Shown piece after piece: positions 1-10,600 of a stretch of DNA of 64,000 nt; the first letter of the stretch is position 1; every line of letters starts with the position of its first letter. A model generated the notes under the pieces. It ran no database searches. It saw only the letters and a list, made by a program, of their open reading frames with translations, and was not told the origin of the DNA. Source of the DNA: Eukaryota sp. TZLM1-RC (lineage: Eukaryota > Protista > Metamonada: BaSk clade); the NCBI GenBank assembly GCA_040285825.1, contig JAUPSS010000004.1, forward strand, positions 1,840,550-1,904,549. The letters run 5' to 3'. The position numbers and the translations under genes were made by a program.

Positions 1-317
1 TTCACTTGCCAAATTGCAGTTCTAGTTTCTTGTATTGAATTCTTGGCTGATATTGTTTCCTTCTCGATTGTTTGAAACACCTACAAATTTAACAATAAGA
101 ATGTTCTTTGAACAAGGCCTTTGAGTAACACATCATGATGACTATCATCAACGAAACTTATGTCAGATTGATCAGTCCGATATTAAACTAAGATTTCTGA
201 AAAATTCAATTTAAATCCGTACACATTCATAACAGTAAATCGTCCTTGAACAAAAGGTATGGAAACAATTACAATTGGACAAAAGAGTTGGAGATCCAGC
301 CTGACCACAGTCACAAA

Positions 318-809
318 TTAAAGCATGTGTGAGACTGACAAAGGAACTAAGTGTATGTAATGTATATTAGCAAATGTTGTGCAAATGTAATTGGTAGATT
401 TGTTCAGACCAAATCCATAGCAATTACCACAAGCAGTGAGTGCCAATGTATGATGAACACCTACACTACAAGAAACGATGTTAGAGAAGAAGGGTAACTG
501 GAAATTCTTTCTACCAGTAGCATGAGGAGGAAAATATCGGGAGAGAACACCAGGTGTTGGAGATGAGAATAAAGAAACAGAAGGTGCAACAGAGCCAATA
601 AGGTTGATTCGTTTTGTGCGAGACCAGAGAATTGAGTTTCCTTTAGATATGTAGCGAATTCTGTGAGATGGTACAGATAAGGCAAGAAAATCGTGAAGAG
701 GGAGGAAGAATACACCGCCAAATCTATCCTCAAAACCAACAAAGAAACGTTCTTTAGACAAAGAAGTATCGTGGACTAATCTGTTGATGATGCTGAGAGC
801 GTCTTTCAT
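318..809 (-). CDS. MJ1316-type RNA cyclic-end recognition domain followed by RCC1-like repeat; probably continues or is frameshifted toward the window start
   Basis: N-terminus 'DALSIINRLVHD..FFVGFEDRFGG..VPSHRIRYISKGNSILWSR' fits the MJ1316/DUF504 pattern. 'IVSCSVGVHHTLALTACGNCYGFGLN' is an RCC1 repeat. A second repeat-like 'HML/ICDCGQ' continues in another frame. Confidence 0.6.
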   Translation of the reverse strand: MKDALSIINRLVHDTSLSKERFFVGFEDRFGGVFFLPLHDFLALSVPSHRIRYISKGNSILWSRTKRINLIGSVAPSVSLFSSPTPGVLSRYFPPHATGRKNFQLPFFSNIVSCSVGVHHTLALTACGNCYGFGLNKSTNYICTTFANIHYIHLVPLSVSHML

Positions 810-1016
810 GAGTTACATAGAGTTGAAATTCCAGAAACTTTTACAAAGGATACCTAGTTTATGAACCTAGTTTATGAATTGAGGGGAAAGTGTGGGAATA
901 GTGAAAACCTCCCAAAACCAAGTTGAGGGTTAAAAACCTCCCAGAACAGGCAACCAGAAGTCGAAAATGGGGTGACAAGTGTAAAATTTGATAGATGAGC
1001 TCTTTATTCTCACTAC

Positions 1017-2972
1017 ATGTCAGACACCCACTCTGTGGCACGTGTATTCACTCGGTCTTGTGCACTTAACTCGCTGCTGACCCCTGCAGCGGTGCAACAA
1101 ATTCGGACTGACCTTCCTTTGGTCACCGAGATTTGTCATGAAGCTTCTTTATTGCTTCAATCTTTTCTTCTAAATTTTCCGTTGGCATCAAGAGCTTTAG
1201 TGGAACAGGATGTATGGTATCTGTTTATGACCGTCATCACCACTGGTTCTTTTCCAAAGCCTTCCACATCTAAAGGCCAACGCCAATTACTCCATATCTT
1301 TTACAATGGATTTCTTCCTGAATGCCCACAAGACAGGTCTCTTGTTGCTGTGTGGGAAAATTCTTTAGTGCCTTACAGAAATTCATTCAATCTTTTCCTC
1401 AATGATTGGCTGCAGTCCCAGAACTGTAATTTTATCAATAGAAAAGGGCTTTCTCCTTACCTTGCTTGTCGGGCTCGTCAATTGGCCTCCAACGTTAAGA
1501 CAAGTTTACCTAAAATTTGTCAATCCTGGACAAAAAACTTTATTCGTGCTCATTGTAGAGCCCTGAATAAAACAAATGTCTTTGCAAATAATATTCTTTC
1601 ACTTTTGCCAGATGAACCACTAGCCCAACCCGAGGAAGTAGTAGTTGATTCTGTTCTTGAATACCTCATCAATTTCAATTTGAATAATTCAAGAGAAAGA
1701 TTCTTCTTATTAAATGCATGTAAGTTTATCTTGAATCTCTTTCAAAGATTTCCTACCACTGCCTCCCTACTGTCCTCACATGATAAAATCACCTTTTCAT
1801 CAAAGGAAATTGGTGAGCTTTTTCTCTTCAATCTTAAAATTTCACAATACTTACTCACTTTCTTTTCTCATATGCATTGCTGGAAGAAATTTAGAATAAT
1901 ACCTTTAGCTTCTCATAAAGGTTCTAAATTTATTGAGGTACCTTCACAAATTTTCCACTCTGTGAAAAAATTTCCAATTATTGAAGGATCATCTTCCAAA
2001 ACAAAGTTTATCAAAAATACATGTCTGAAACGAATATTCAAACAATGTCCTTACCAAAAATTCAATATCAACAGAAAAAGTTTGAAAAATAGATTTAACA
2101 AAATTTTATTGAAAACTAATGGTAATGAACTGCTTTTGACCTTTGAAGGTAAAAATAATGACTCAGAAAACACAGATGAGCTGGATGAACCACCGAAAAG
2201 AAAAGAAGATCAAAAAAATGAAATGAAAAGTGACCCTAATGCCAACAAAACCAGAGAAACACAGTTGAAGGGTACTAAAAAAATGCCCCGTCGAAGACGT
2301 AGACATCCAGTCGAAATTTTACCTGAAAGCCCCCTTATCGGCGTTGATCTTGGCCAATCAAGATTATGTGGTTACTTCTTAAATGATAATCAATGTGGAG
2401 TTATCCCTTGTCCAACTGGCAGAAGATACATGACAAAACCTTCACCCAGTAAACACTGTCCCAACCAATATTCCGTTCAAAATTTCAACCAATATTTGAA
2501 CCATTGGAATTTGGTCAGGAGGAAAGTGTATTTGGAAAGTAATCGCCAGAAATGGAAAATAATTAAATTTGATAACCGCAGACGAAAAGAGAGACGGTTC
2601 AGAGAGAGTCTCAACAAATTTCAAAGGCTGGCTGGACATCCTGAAAAACTCTATCTTGCTGTGGGTTCTGCTAATTTCCCTTCTCATTGCCGAAAAGTCA
2701 ATCGATATGGATCAGCAAGAGCTTTCAGAAAATGGTTGTGTTATCAAAAAAACGTGAAGCACTTGTCAACCAGTGAATTTAATACAAGCAAAATGTCAAG
2801 TTGTTGCATGGCCGAGAATATTCAAGCAGGCTCATGGCAGATGCGTATTTGTACTGAGTGTCAAATAGTATATGACAGAGATATTTCCGCTGCAAAAAAT
2901 ATTCAAATTAAGAAGAAAGCGGAATTGTGGCCGGAACGGTACATTTGCCCAGATGCTCTGTTGAGAAGATGA
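1017..2972 (+). CDS. Fanzor RNA-guided endonuclease (TnpB/Cas12-like), apparently intact, 651 aa
   Basis: RuvC-I 'LIGVDLG', RuvC-II 'TSEFNTSK', Zn-finger 'SCC...CTEC', RuvC-III 'DRDISAAKNI'. Basic NLS-like 'KKMPRRRRRH' before RuvC-I. Uninterrupted ORF. Confidence 0.9.
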   Translation: MSDTHSVARVFTRSCALNSLLTPAAVQQIRTDLPLVTEICHEASLLLQSFLLNFPLASRALVEQDVWYLFMTVITTGSFPKPSTSKGQRQLLHIFYNGFLPECPQDRSLVAVWENSLVPYRNSFNLFLNDWLQSQNCNFINRKGLSPYLACRARQLASNVKTSLPKICQSWTKNFIRAHCRALNKTNVFANNILSLLPDEPLAQPEEVVVDSVLEYLINFNLNNSRERFFLLNACKFILNLFQRFPTTASLLSSHDKITFSSKEIGELFLFNLKISQYLLTFFSHMHCWKKFRIIPLASHKGSKFIEVPSQIFHSVKKFPIIEGSSSKTKFIKNTCLKRIFKQCPYQKFNINRKSLKNRFNKILLKTNGNELLLTFEGKNNDSENTDELDEPPKRKEDQKNEMKSDPNANKTRETQLKGTKKMPRRRRRHPVEILPESPLIGVDLGQSRLCGYFLNDNQCGVIPCPTGRRYMTKPSPSKHCPNQYSVQNFNQYLNHWNLVRRKVYLESNRQKWKIIKFDNRRRKERRFRESLNKFQRLAGHPEKLYLAVGSANFPSHCRKVNRYGSARAFRKWLCYQKNVKHLSTSEFNTSKMSSCCMAENIQAGSWQMRICTECQIVYDRDISAAKNIQIKKKAELWPERYICPDALLRR

Positions 2973-3248
2973 ATGGGGAACCTGAGCATACAGAAACAAA
3001 AACTTTTGAGACCGATCTACAAATGCCCTAGTAGCATTTGGTAGATCCACTTAGATACATCAAGTCGCGAGGCTTTGTTCTGTGAAAGCAGTAGGTGTAT
3101 TTAAGTGAGGTAGCCCATTGATGAAGATCATGATTGTCTTTGTCAAATGATGCTACATGTCTCTTACAACCTGTGAGTAGACATTGAGAAAGTTGAAAAC
3201 AGGAGTGAATTTCACAGGGGAATGCATGATAAGTGAAATTCACAGTAG
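2973..3248 (+). ncRNA. Candidate Fanzor omega-RNA scaffold
   Basis: Noncoding, conserved in copy 2, and lies between the Fanzor stop and the element end. Hairpins: GATCTACAAATGC/GCATTTGGTAGATC, ATGTCTCTTACA/TGTGAGTAGACAT and a terminal GTGAATTTCAC/GTGAAATTCAC. Confidence 0.7.
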
Positions 3249-3295
3249 CAAATGTTTAGTGAACATTGTTCCATCAATTCCCTGCCATTATTCCA

Positions 3296-5035
3296 ATGAA
3301 TTCTTCTGTCCACCACAGGACAGGTTCTGGTAACTACCATCATTATCTGGCTGAGTCGCTGTCAGATTCTGAGTCCTTTGATTCTTTTCAAGGATGGCAT
3401 CCCAAATTTCATCAACGATTTTCCATTGGAAATAAACCTTCTGGAGCTCCTTATTTCCGTAAAGCACTCTTGGGCAATAGTGCATACGTTGTTCGAGATG
3501 CTGAAAAACTCATTCAAAACGGCAGTCCTCCCAGCATCTCAAACTGGTTTATTGATCTTGCCAAGACATCTTCCATTCTTACCCCAGATAAGGATGATAT
3601 AATAAGCGCTGTTTTCAGGTTTAAATGGAGCGTAGATTCTTCTGTAAATGAAGCTTTTTTATCCTTTGTCTACAACCTTATCGCGTCAAACAGTTACTTC
3701 TTCCAACCGTGTATTCGCTTTTTGGTCTCTTCTGTCATTCAAGACCCCTTGCCTGATCAGAAGACGGTGGAAATGGTACAAGAAAGGTTATTACAATTCT
3801 ATCAGCTTGTCCCCTCTTCTCACAATGTTTTTGTTGACACTTTAACGACTAACTTTCCACACAGAGTTGTCGATGTGTCTGTTATTGTTCAGTATTTGAA
3901 GTTTATTCTATTCTTCATTTCTAGAGTTTCTGCTTTTAGAGGCAAACTTTGGGAAGTCATTTTTAGTAAGCTTTTGGAAATTGATGTTGAAATTAAATTG
4001 GAAGATATTATTGACTCTGATGACGAAGATGATTTGAAGTTTGATGACGTGATTGATGGTTATAATGATGACTCTGATGACCCTATAAGCGGTCAGAATT
4101 CCCTTGACCCCCATGCGATTTCTGAGCTAGCCAAGTCGATGGCAGACAAGTTGGATAGTTGTATGGAGGTTTTATTTAGGTTTATTTCTGACTTTTATTC
4201 CAATTGCACTAGTGAAACTCAGTTTTTAACTGATTTAGTTGAGTTTCAACTCGATTGTTTTGATTCTCTTCTTGCCAGAACTCACAGATCAAAATTCGTG
4301 CAGTTTTTGATCTTTTACTCCATCGCAGTCTCATCAGAACGATCACTCAAAGCCAATCAGAATGTAATTGACCCTAATCGTCAATCAAATCCAGAAGCTG
4401 CTGATGCATTTGTTGCCTTTTTGTTGAAGAGAATACTGTCTCCTGATGCTGAAGTTGAACGCTTCAAACCCCTTTGTGTTGGGTATTTGGGTTCATTTAT
4501 TGCTAGAGCCAGTTTCATTCCACTCAAAATGATTAAGTTTGTTTTAACGATTCTAGCTGATTGGTGTAGAAATTACGTTGATTTTTATGGAAATCCAACG
4601 ACTGATATTGACTTTAGTAGACATCTCTTGTTTTACCATGTTGCCATTTCTTTACTATATGTTTTATGTTTTCATTTGGAATCAATTGTTAAATCACCAG
4701 GTGGACTGAGTTTTGCTCATTCTTTGAAGCTGGATTACCTTTTGTTAAGTCGACTGAATCCATTAAAGTTCTGTCTAGAAACTGTGGCTAATGAGTTCGG
4801 CAGGATAGCTGCCGAAACTGGAGTTGTTGACTGTCGTAATGTCTTGCTATCAAACTCCAAAATGCTGGTTTCCGATTATTCTGATTACGGTCAACCAAAA
4901 GGTGCTCTTGTTGATGCCTACTTTCCCTTTGATCCTTACCTTTTAACTGAATCAGCCCAGTTTGTTGAGCCTTTCTATAGGGATTGGGGGGATTGTGGAG
5001 ATGATGATTCTGAGGGAAGTGAAATGGAAAGTTGA
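3296..5035 (+). CDS. RRN3: RNA polymerase I transcription initiation factor RRN3 (TIF-IA)
   Basis: 'FPHR', 'LLEIDVEI', 'ADKLDSCM', 'THRSKFVQFLIFY', 'YLGSFIARA', 'LNPLKFC', 'YFPFDPYLL'. First ATG at 3296 (track start 3266 is TTG). Confidence 0.92.
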   Translation: MNSSVHHRTGSGNYHHYLAESLSDSESFDSFQGWHPKFHQRFSIGNKPSGAPYFRKALLGNSAYVVRDAEKLIQNGSPPSISNWFIDLAKTSSILTPDKDDIISAVFRFKWSVDSSVNEAFLSFVYNLIASNSYFFQPCIRFLVSSVIQDPLPDQKTVEMVQERLLQFYQLVPSSHNVFVDTLTTNFPHRVVDVSVIVQYLKFILFFISRVSAFRGKLWEVIFSKLLEIDVEIKLEDIIDSDDEDDLKFDDVIDGYNDDSDDPISGQNSLDPHAISELAKSMADKLDSCMEVLFRFISDFYSNCTSETQFLTDLVEFQLDCFDSLLARTHRSKFVQFLIFYSIAVSSERSLKANQNVIDPNRQSNPEAADAFVAFLLKRILSPDAEVERFKPLCVGYLGSFIARASFIPLKMIKFVLTILADWCRNYVDFYGNPTTDIDFSRHLLFYHVAISLLYVLCFHLESIVKSPGGLSFAHSLKLDYLLLSRLNPLKFCLETVANEFGRIAAETGVVDCRNVLLSNSKMLVSDYSDYGQPKGALVDAYFPFDPYLLTESAQFVEPFYRDWGDCGDDDSEGSEMES

Positions 5036-5583
5036 TCTTAGTTTTTTAGTTTTAGTTTTATTGTATAGTTTTGTGGGTTTGTTGTTTTTTAAATTTGATT
5101 GTTTATAAAATAATAATTTATGGCCATGTGATTGTGTTGTGTAGTTTTTCACAACACAAAGTGGGATAAAGTGAAACCAAATTCTTTCCAAAAGTCAACA
5201 GTACAAGAAACCTTTGTCCCTGCTTGTTCGTGTTGAGCATGTAAAATACCAACTGGTTCCATTTGCTGTTTTTTTGATAACATTGGAATATCTGGTATGA
5301 AATTTCCAACCTTTCATATGTTTAATACCATAAAGGGCAGGATAAAAATTGGTACAGTAAAATTGCTGTTCATACTGTCAAAGCCATTCCAGAATTGATA
5401 ACCAAAGCACTGAGACAGAGAGAAATTGAGTATGAAAATCGTGCATTCAACGTATTTGATGATGATGAAGCGTGCATTGAGGATATTGAGTTCTAGTTAA
5501 ATGTCAATTGTTAAATGTTTTTGAAAAAATGAATTAATTTTTAAAAAGCTTTTTCAACAAGATATTCATCTTTTCAACCAACA

Positions 5584-6788
5584 ATGGCGACTAGAACTGT
5601 TGTTTGTGATATGGGGACCGGTGTATGTGGCTTATGTATCTTTAATCGAAGTTCATCAAAACCGGTTTCGCTGGAGATAAACTTCCTCGATGTGTCTTCC
5701 CTTCTGTAGTCGGCCGTCCTCTTCTTCGTGCCGATGAAACTCTTGGGGGTTCTACAGTCCCCGATCTTCTTGTAGGTGACGACTGTGCTCAGTATCTTTC
5801 TATCCTTAACACTTCTTACCCTCTGGAAAACGGAATTGTCAAAAACTGGGAAGACATGCGGCACCTCTTCAGCTACATGTTTCACAAACGTCTCGAAGTT
5901 GACCCCTCGGAATCTCGTGTACTCCTCACTGAAGCAGCCAACACTCCTGGTCCAGCCAAGAAGAAGATGATGGAAGAAATGTTTGAATACTTCAACGTTC
6001 CTTCCATGCAGATCTTCATCCAAGCTCTCCTCGTCTTGTTCTCTCAAGGTGTAGATACGGGAGTTGTGGTAGACAGTGGGGATGGAGTCACTCATCTCAT
6101 GCCTGTCTATGAAGGCTTGCTATTGGATCATTTGGTAAAGCGCATAGATATAGCCGGAAGAGATTTAACTCGTTACATGATGAAACTCTTGCTTCGCCAA
6201 GGTTACACACTGAACAGGACTAATGATTTTGAAAGTGTACGTAAAATGAAAGAGGATCTTTGCTATTGTTCAGTCCATCCTGATATAGATACGAGATTGG
6301 CAACAGAAAGCACCACATTAATGAGAGAATTTTCCCTTCCTGATGGCCAACGAGTTAAGCTAGCAAGAGAAAGATTTGAAGCTGTCGAGCCACTATTTAA
6401 TCCTGAGCTGATTGGTAGAGAGGTTGGGGGTGTTGGTGAACAACTTTTTGATTTGATTTCTTCTGCACCAATGGATGTAAGACCAAAGTTTTATGCCAAT
6501 GTCTACGTTTCTGGTGGTAGCACAATGTTTCCTGGTTTTCCTGACCGTTTGGAGCAAGATATAAAGAAGATTTACAAGGAAAAGGTATTAAAAGGAGTAA
6601 AAGATAAGAGCCTGAAGATTAAGATTGAGATTCATCGTCATTCACAGCGAAAGAACTTTGTCTTTTCAGGAGCTTCTTTATTAGGGGAAATTTCCACAAA
6701 TAGGGATGAATTTTGGATTCACAAACACGAATGGGAAGAACAAGGTGCTGAAAGGTGTCTTCGCAGATTAGGGCGAATTGTTCAGTAG
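5584..6788 (+). CDS. ARP2: Actin-related protein 2; exon 1 5584-5622, intron 5623-5651, exon 2 5652-6788
   Basis: Removing GTATGT...TTTAATCGAAG (29 nt) joins MATRTVVCDMGTG to FIKTGFAGDKLPRCVFPSVVGRP, in frame with the 5856 ORF. Motifs 'VVDSGDGVTH', 'IAGRDLTRY', 'SGGSTMFPG'. Confidence 0.9.
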
Positions 6789-7234
6789 TTTATGAGTTAT
6801 TTGTATAGTTTTCGGGGTTTTATAAATATTTATTTATTTGGGTTTTTAGTGATTAAAACAGTTTAATTTCTGTCAAACTAAGAAACATAAATGTTAAATA
6901 ATAGTAAAAATAAATCAAGGGATTAAAAGAACTTATCTTGCTTCCCCCTTCTTCACATGGCCTTAGTCTTAGGTTTATATGTTATTGTTGAAGATCAGCT
7001 GGTTCATGTTTAATAAATAACAATGTCAAAATTATTGATACAATTGAAATAATGGCGTTCCAGAGACGACAAAAAAACTAGCTTTAAACCTACGTATTGT
7101 TTCAGAGGAGAAATGGGCTCACTGAGATTAGTGGCCAATTATTCAAGGATTCTAGAACGTCTGTGTTAAAGGATGAAGGTCGGAATGTTGTACAAAAAAT
7201 TCCCCAATCTCTCAATAATCTCAATCCAATCTCA

Positions 7235-7666
7235 ATGAAAAACACATGAAATTCAAAGAACCAACCAAAGGACAAGGATTGAGAATTCTATTTAAAAAAA
7301 GTTGGTGATAAAGTCTTTTTAATTGATGAGTTTCGAACCAGTTGTTGTTTCAACTGTAAGAAAGCGGAGAAAACAGTTGAAACATTCCGATGGTGCAGAA
7401 ATCCTAGGCCATGGAAGAGGCATGAGATGTCTATTCGTCACGGGCTTACAATGTGTAAATCATGTGAAAGTTTGTGGAATAGAGATCGAAATGCTTCGCT
7501 GAATACATGGGCAGTGATAGTAGCACATGTAAAAGGTGGAGAAAGACTCAAGGTTGATGAAGGTTCAAAGAAGAAGGTATCAACTGAGGAGAAAATTTTC
7601 CACTTCTCAAAAACTCAGGCCCTCTTCATCAGTGTAAAAAGGACACTTATTTCATTGTTATAGACA
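7235..7666 (+). mobile_element. Fanzor family B 3' remnant (RuvC-II, Zn finger, RuvC-III) plus 3' tail
   Basis: Reads 'HMKFKEPTKGQGLRILF / VFLIDEFRTSCCFNC...NPRPW...RHGLTMCKSCESLWNRDRNASLN' with frameshifts. Confidence 0.8.
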
Positions 7667-7679
7667 ATAGCTGTAACTA
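7588..7679 (+). repeat. ~80-90 nt cassette, copy A (Fanzor B tail, abuts the UGGT ATG)
   Basis: GGAGAAAATTTTCCACTTCTCAAAAACTCAG...AGTGTAAAAAGGACACTTATTTCATTGTTATAGACA, shared with 14111, 54884 and partly 63892. Confidence 0.9.
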
Positions 7680-10600
7680 ATGAATTGCTTGTTGCTTTGC
7701 CTTCTTGTTTTCTTATGTAGAACACTAGCCCAACCATCTCTCCACATAAGGACAACCTCTTCATTCAATTCATCTCCTGCTGCAGAAGCCTTGCATTTTT
7801 TCTGCAACAGCCCACAAGCATCATCATCACTATGTAAGAGCTTTGTTTCACATCTACCATTGTCTTCTCTTGAGCTTAATTCTAAGCTTTTGATCCAAAA
7901 AAATCTTTTACCTGGGAATCTTTCCACCTTGTATTCTCTTTCTTTACAAACTCGTAGCTTTTCTCCGGTAATTGCATCCAATTACCCTTCTTTCCTCAAC
8001 GACCAAACTGGCAGGTTCTGTGCCGTTATTCTCAATGAAGCTACTAGTGACGGGGTTTTTCCTTGTGGAGAGATTCCTGATCAACAATTCAATCTTTTTA
8101 TTGATCCTAATCACGAGGGATCAGTTAAATTTCTTTCGGAAGCCATCAAATCACCTTATTTAATCAAAATCATCCCTTTTGATTCCAATCAAAATGATTG
8201 TTTTGAACTTGTTGATTTTGGGGTTTCTTTAAATCTAAAATCATCTGAATATCAATCAAATGATTCAGTCAAGGAGGATTCAAACCTTCCTGACTGGGTC
8301 AATCAATCATCAGCAATCAGTGACGTGAAGTTTCCGATTGCAAATGAATTTGATGAGCAGCAACGGTCAAAAATTGCATGGAATTTGATTGACCATGCTT
8401 TGACTTCTAAAGACCCCCTTACCAACTTAACGAATACTGTAAATAATATGCCTCTTTATGTAAATGATCTCTATTCAGGTTCATCGACATTGGGACAAAA
8501 ATTTGGAACTGTCAATCTATCACCTGCTCTATTTGTCGATGGTGTTAAAGTTTCCGATTCACTTCAATCAATCTTTGGTATTTTGGACTCTTTATCTGAG
8601 CGTTTCAATCAAATACAATCAATCAAAACGATACTTTCCGATCACCCAGTTAGTTTCAATTTCCCTTCTTTTTCGTTCACTAAATTTCCACTAAAATCTG
8701 TTTATTGGCTAAATGATGCAAGGAAACTTTCTTCTTTTGGATACTCTGATGACGTCACCAGTCTTGCTAATTCTGACCTTTCACGTGGGAGGTTTGACCC
8801 TATTGCCCGAAATTTAATTTCAATTGTTTTTATCACTGATCCTTTGTCAGATCTTGCCTCATTGAGGTCTTTGTCAATTATTCCTCAGTTAATCAATTCT
8901 GGATTACCAATCAGAATCGGTTTGACTTTTCATCATAATTCTGACCTTGGTTTTGATCTTAATTCAAAGCTTTTGTCTCTAATACAATCAAAACCAGATA
9001 GAATTGGCATATTGGCTCAATTAGCCAATACGTTCAAAAAGGGGTCAAATATGTTTGAAAATGATAGAATTGTGCCCCAATTGGAAAGTTCTTTGTTTAG
9101 ACACTTTCCGGTCACCGAAGAGGTCAAAAAGATGGTCAAAAAGATGGATCAGACAGTCAAAAATAGAGGACTTTCTAGAAATTATTGTTTTGTTAATGGT
9201 AAGCTGCTTTCCTTGAATGAGGTCAATGTTGGTCAAGAAGTTTCCGAAGAAATTGAAAGACTTCGATCCCTTGTTGTTGAAAGACAGTTGACAAATGAAA
9301 ATCTTGAAACATTTCCGGTCAATTTTCACAGGAACTCCAATGTCTTTTCTTCTGTTTTTGAACCTTTAACCTTTGGAGTGTCCAATGATGATTGTCAAGT
9401 TTCCAAACTTGGATACAGTGATGATGTTGTTGATACAATCAATTTTGATTGGATTAGACCAGAAAATCCTCAACCAGTGCTAATTTCCAACACTTCTCTT
9501 TCTTTATCTTTGAAGTTTTTCTCTGGTGATATTTTTAATCCTTTTTTTGTAGGGCAAAACTTTGGAGATGTTCTTATTAGGTTCTTAATTAATTTCCATA
9601 ATGTAGATGAAGTGGAGACCGCTTTGGACCAAAATTTTGCAAAGTTGGACTCAATTTGGCAACTTGATCTTTACTCTGTGGAGGGCGAAATTTTCAATGA
9701 AATTTTCACTCTTTTTAATTTAACTCGAGATGATCTTTTTTCAAAATATTCGACCCAGCTTGTATCAAGTGCGTTTCAAGTTGATAATGGTGTTTTTCTT
9801 GCTGGGTACAAGTTTTCAAACTTGAGCTCTTCTGAAGCCATCACTGATCTCTTCTTTGATGCTTTGAAAAATTCGAAACTGGTCACCTCCAAAGTGTTGA
9901 ATACCAATCCCAACTTGACTTTCAAAGGTCAATGGAAGGCAAATGACCTTCCAATCAGCACTGATTTGTCATTTTTGACCCCCTTTTCTGACCTTTCTGT
10001 TATGATTGAAGGAAACTTTCCCATCAAGTTGACTGCTATTATTGACCCCCTGTCCACCAGTGGCAGGTCATTATTCAACGTTTTGAACTACCTGACGTCA
10101 TTTGACATTCCCTGTGATCTTTATTTGATCCCTTCTCCCCGCTACACCTTGTCACCACCAATATTTAGCTCGTTTTTCCAATATTCAACACCTTTTTCTC
10201 CAACTATTTCATTGAGTCTCCCAGAAAATTCGACTACTTTTGTAACAGTTGATGGAAATGACAATTGGGTAGTTCATGGAGTTGATTCTAATGTTGATTT
10301 AGACAATATTAAAACTAATAATTACTGTGATGTTTTTTATGGTGAATTCAAGCTCAATCAAATAGTGGTGCATGGTCACGTGTTTGATAACGTTGATTTT
10401 GAACCGTTTTCGGGACTTTTGTTGACTCTCACGTCATCCCTCACGTCATCAAAAGTCTATGATACTCTTTCAATGCACAATTTTGGCTATTTCCAATTAC
10501 AAGCTCCCAGTCCAGGGTTTTTTAACCTTTCCGTTCCTCCTGATTACGTCATTTCATCTTTCAATCAAATCAGTTTCCTTGACATTTCCAGTGATTCTTC

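Larger units (their letters stand above)
818..3248 (+). mobile_element. Fanzor element family A, copy 1 (right end firm, left end tentative)
   Basis: Identity with copy 2 (19488-21650) stops sharply after ...AAGTGAAATTCACAGTAG at 3248. The left end is inferred from an imperfect inverted match, TAGAGTTGAAATTC, at 818. Confidence 0.8.

Noticed and set aside
852-878. 13-bp tandem duplication ACCTAGTTTATGA as a target-site duplication
   Set aside because: The two copies are adjacent and do not flank the element.
1011-1016. CACTA pentamer as an EnSpm terminus
   Set aside because: There is no matching TAGTG at the defined right end, and it lies immediately before the ATG.
3028-3243. 71-aa antisense ORF (and its counterpart at 19493-19756)
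   Set aside because: Non-ATG start, antisense to the omega-RNA region, and shared only because the element is duplicated.
3205-3248. Helitron assignment for Fanzor A (terminal hairpin plus ...TAG)
   Set aside because: The end is AGTAG rather than CTRR, and no Rep/helicase or clear 5' TC end is seen. The hairpin is equally explained by the omega-RNA.
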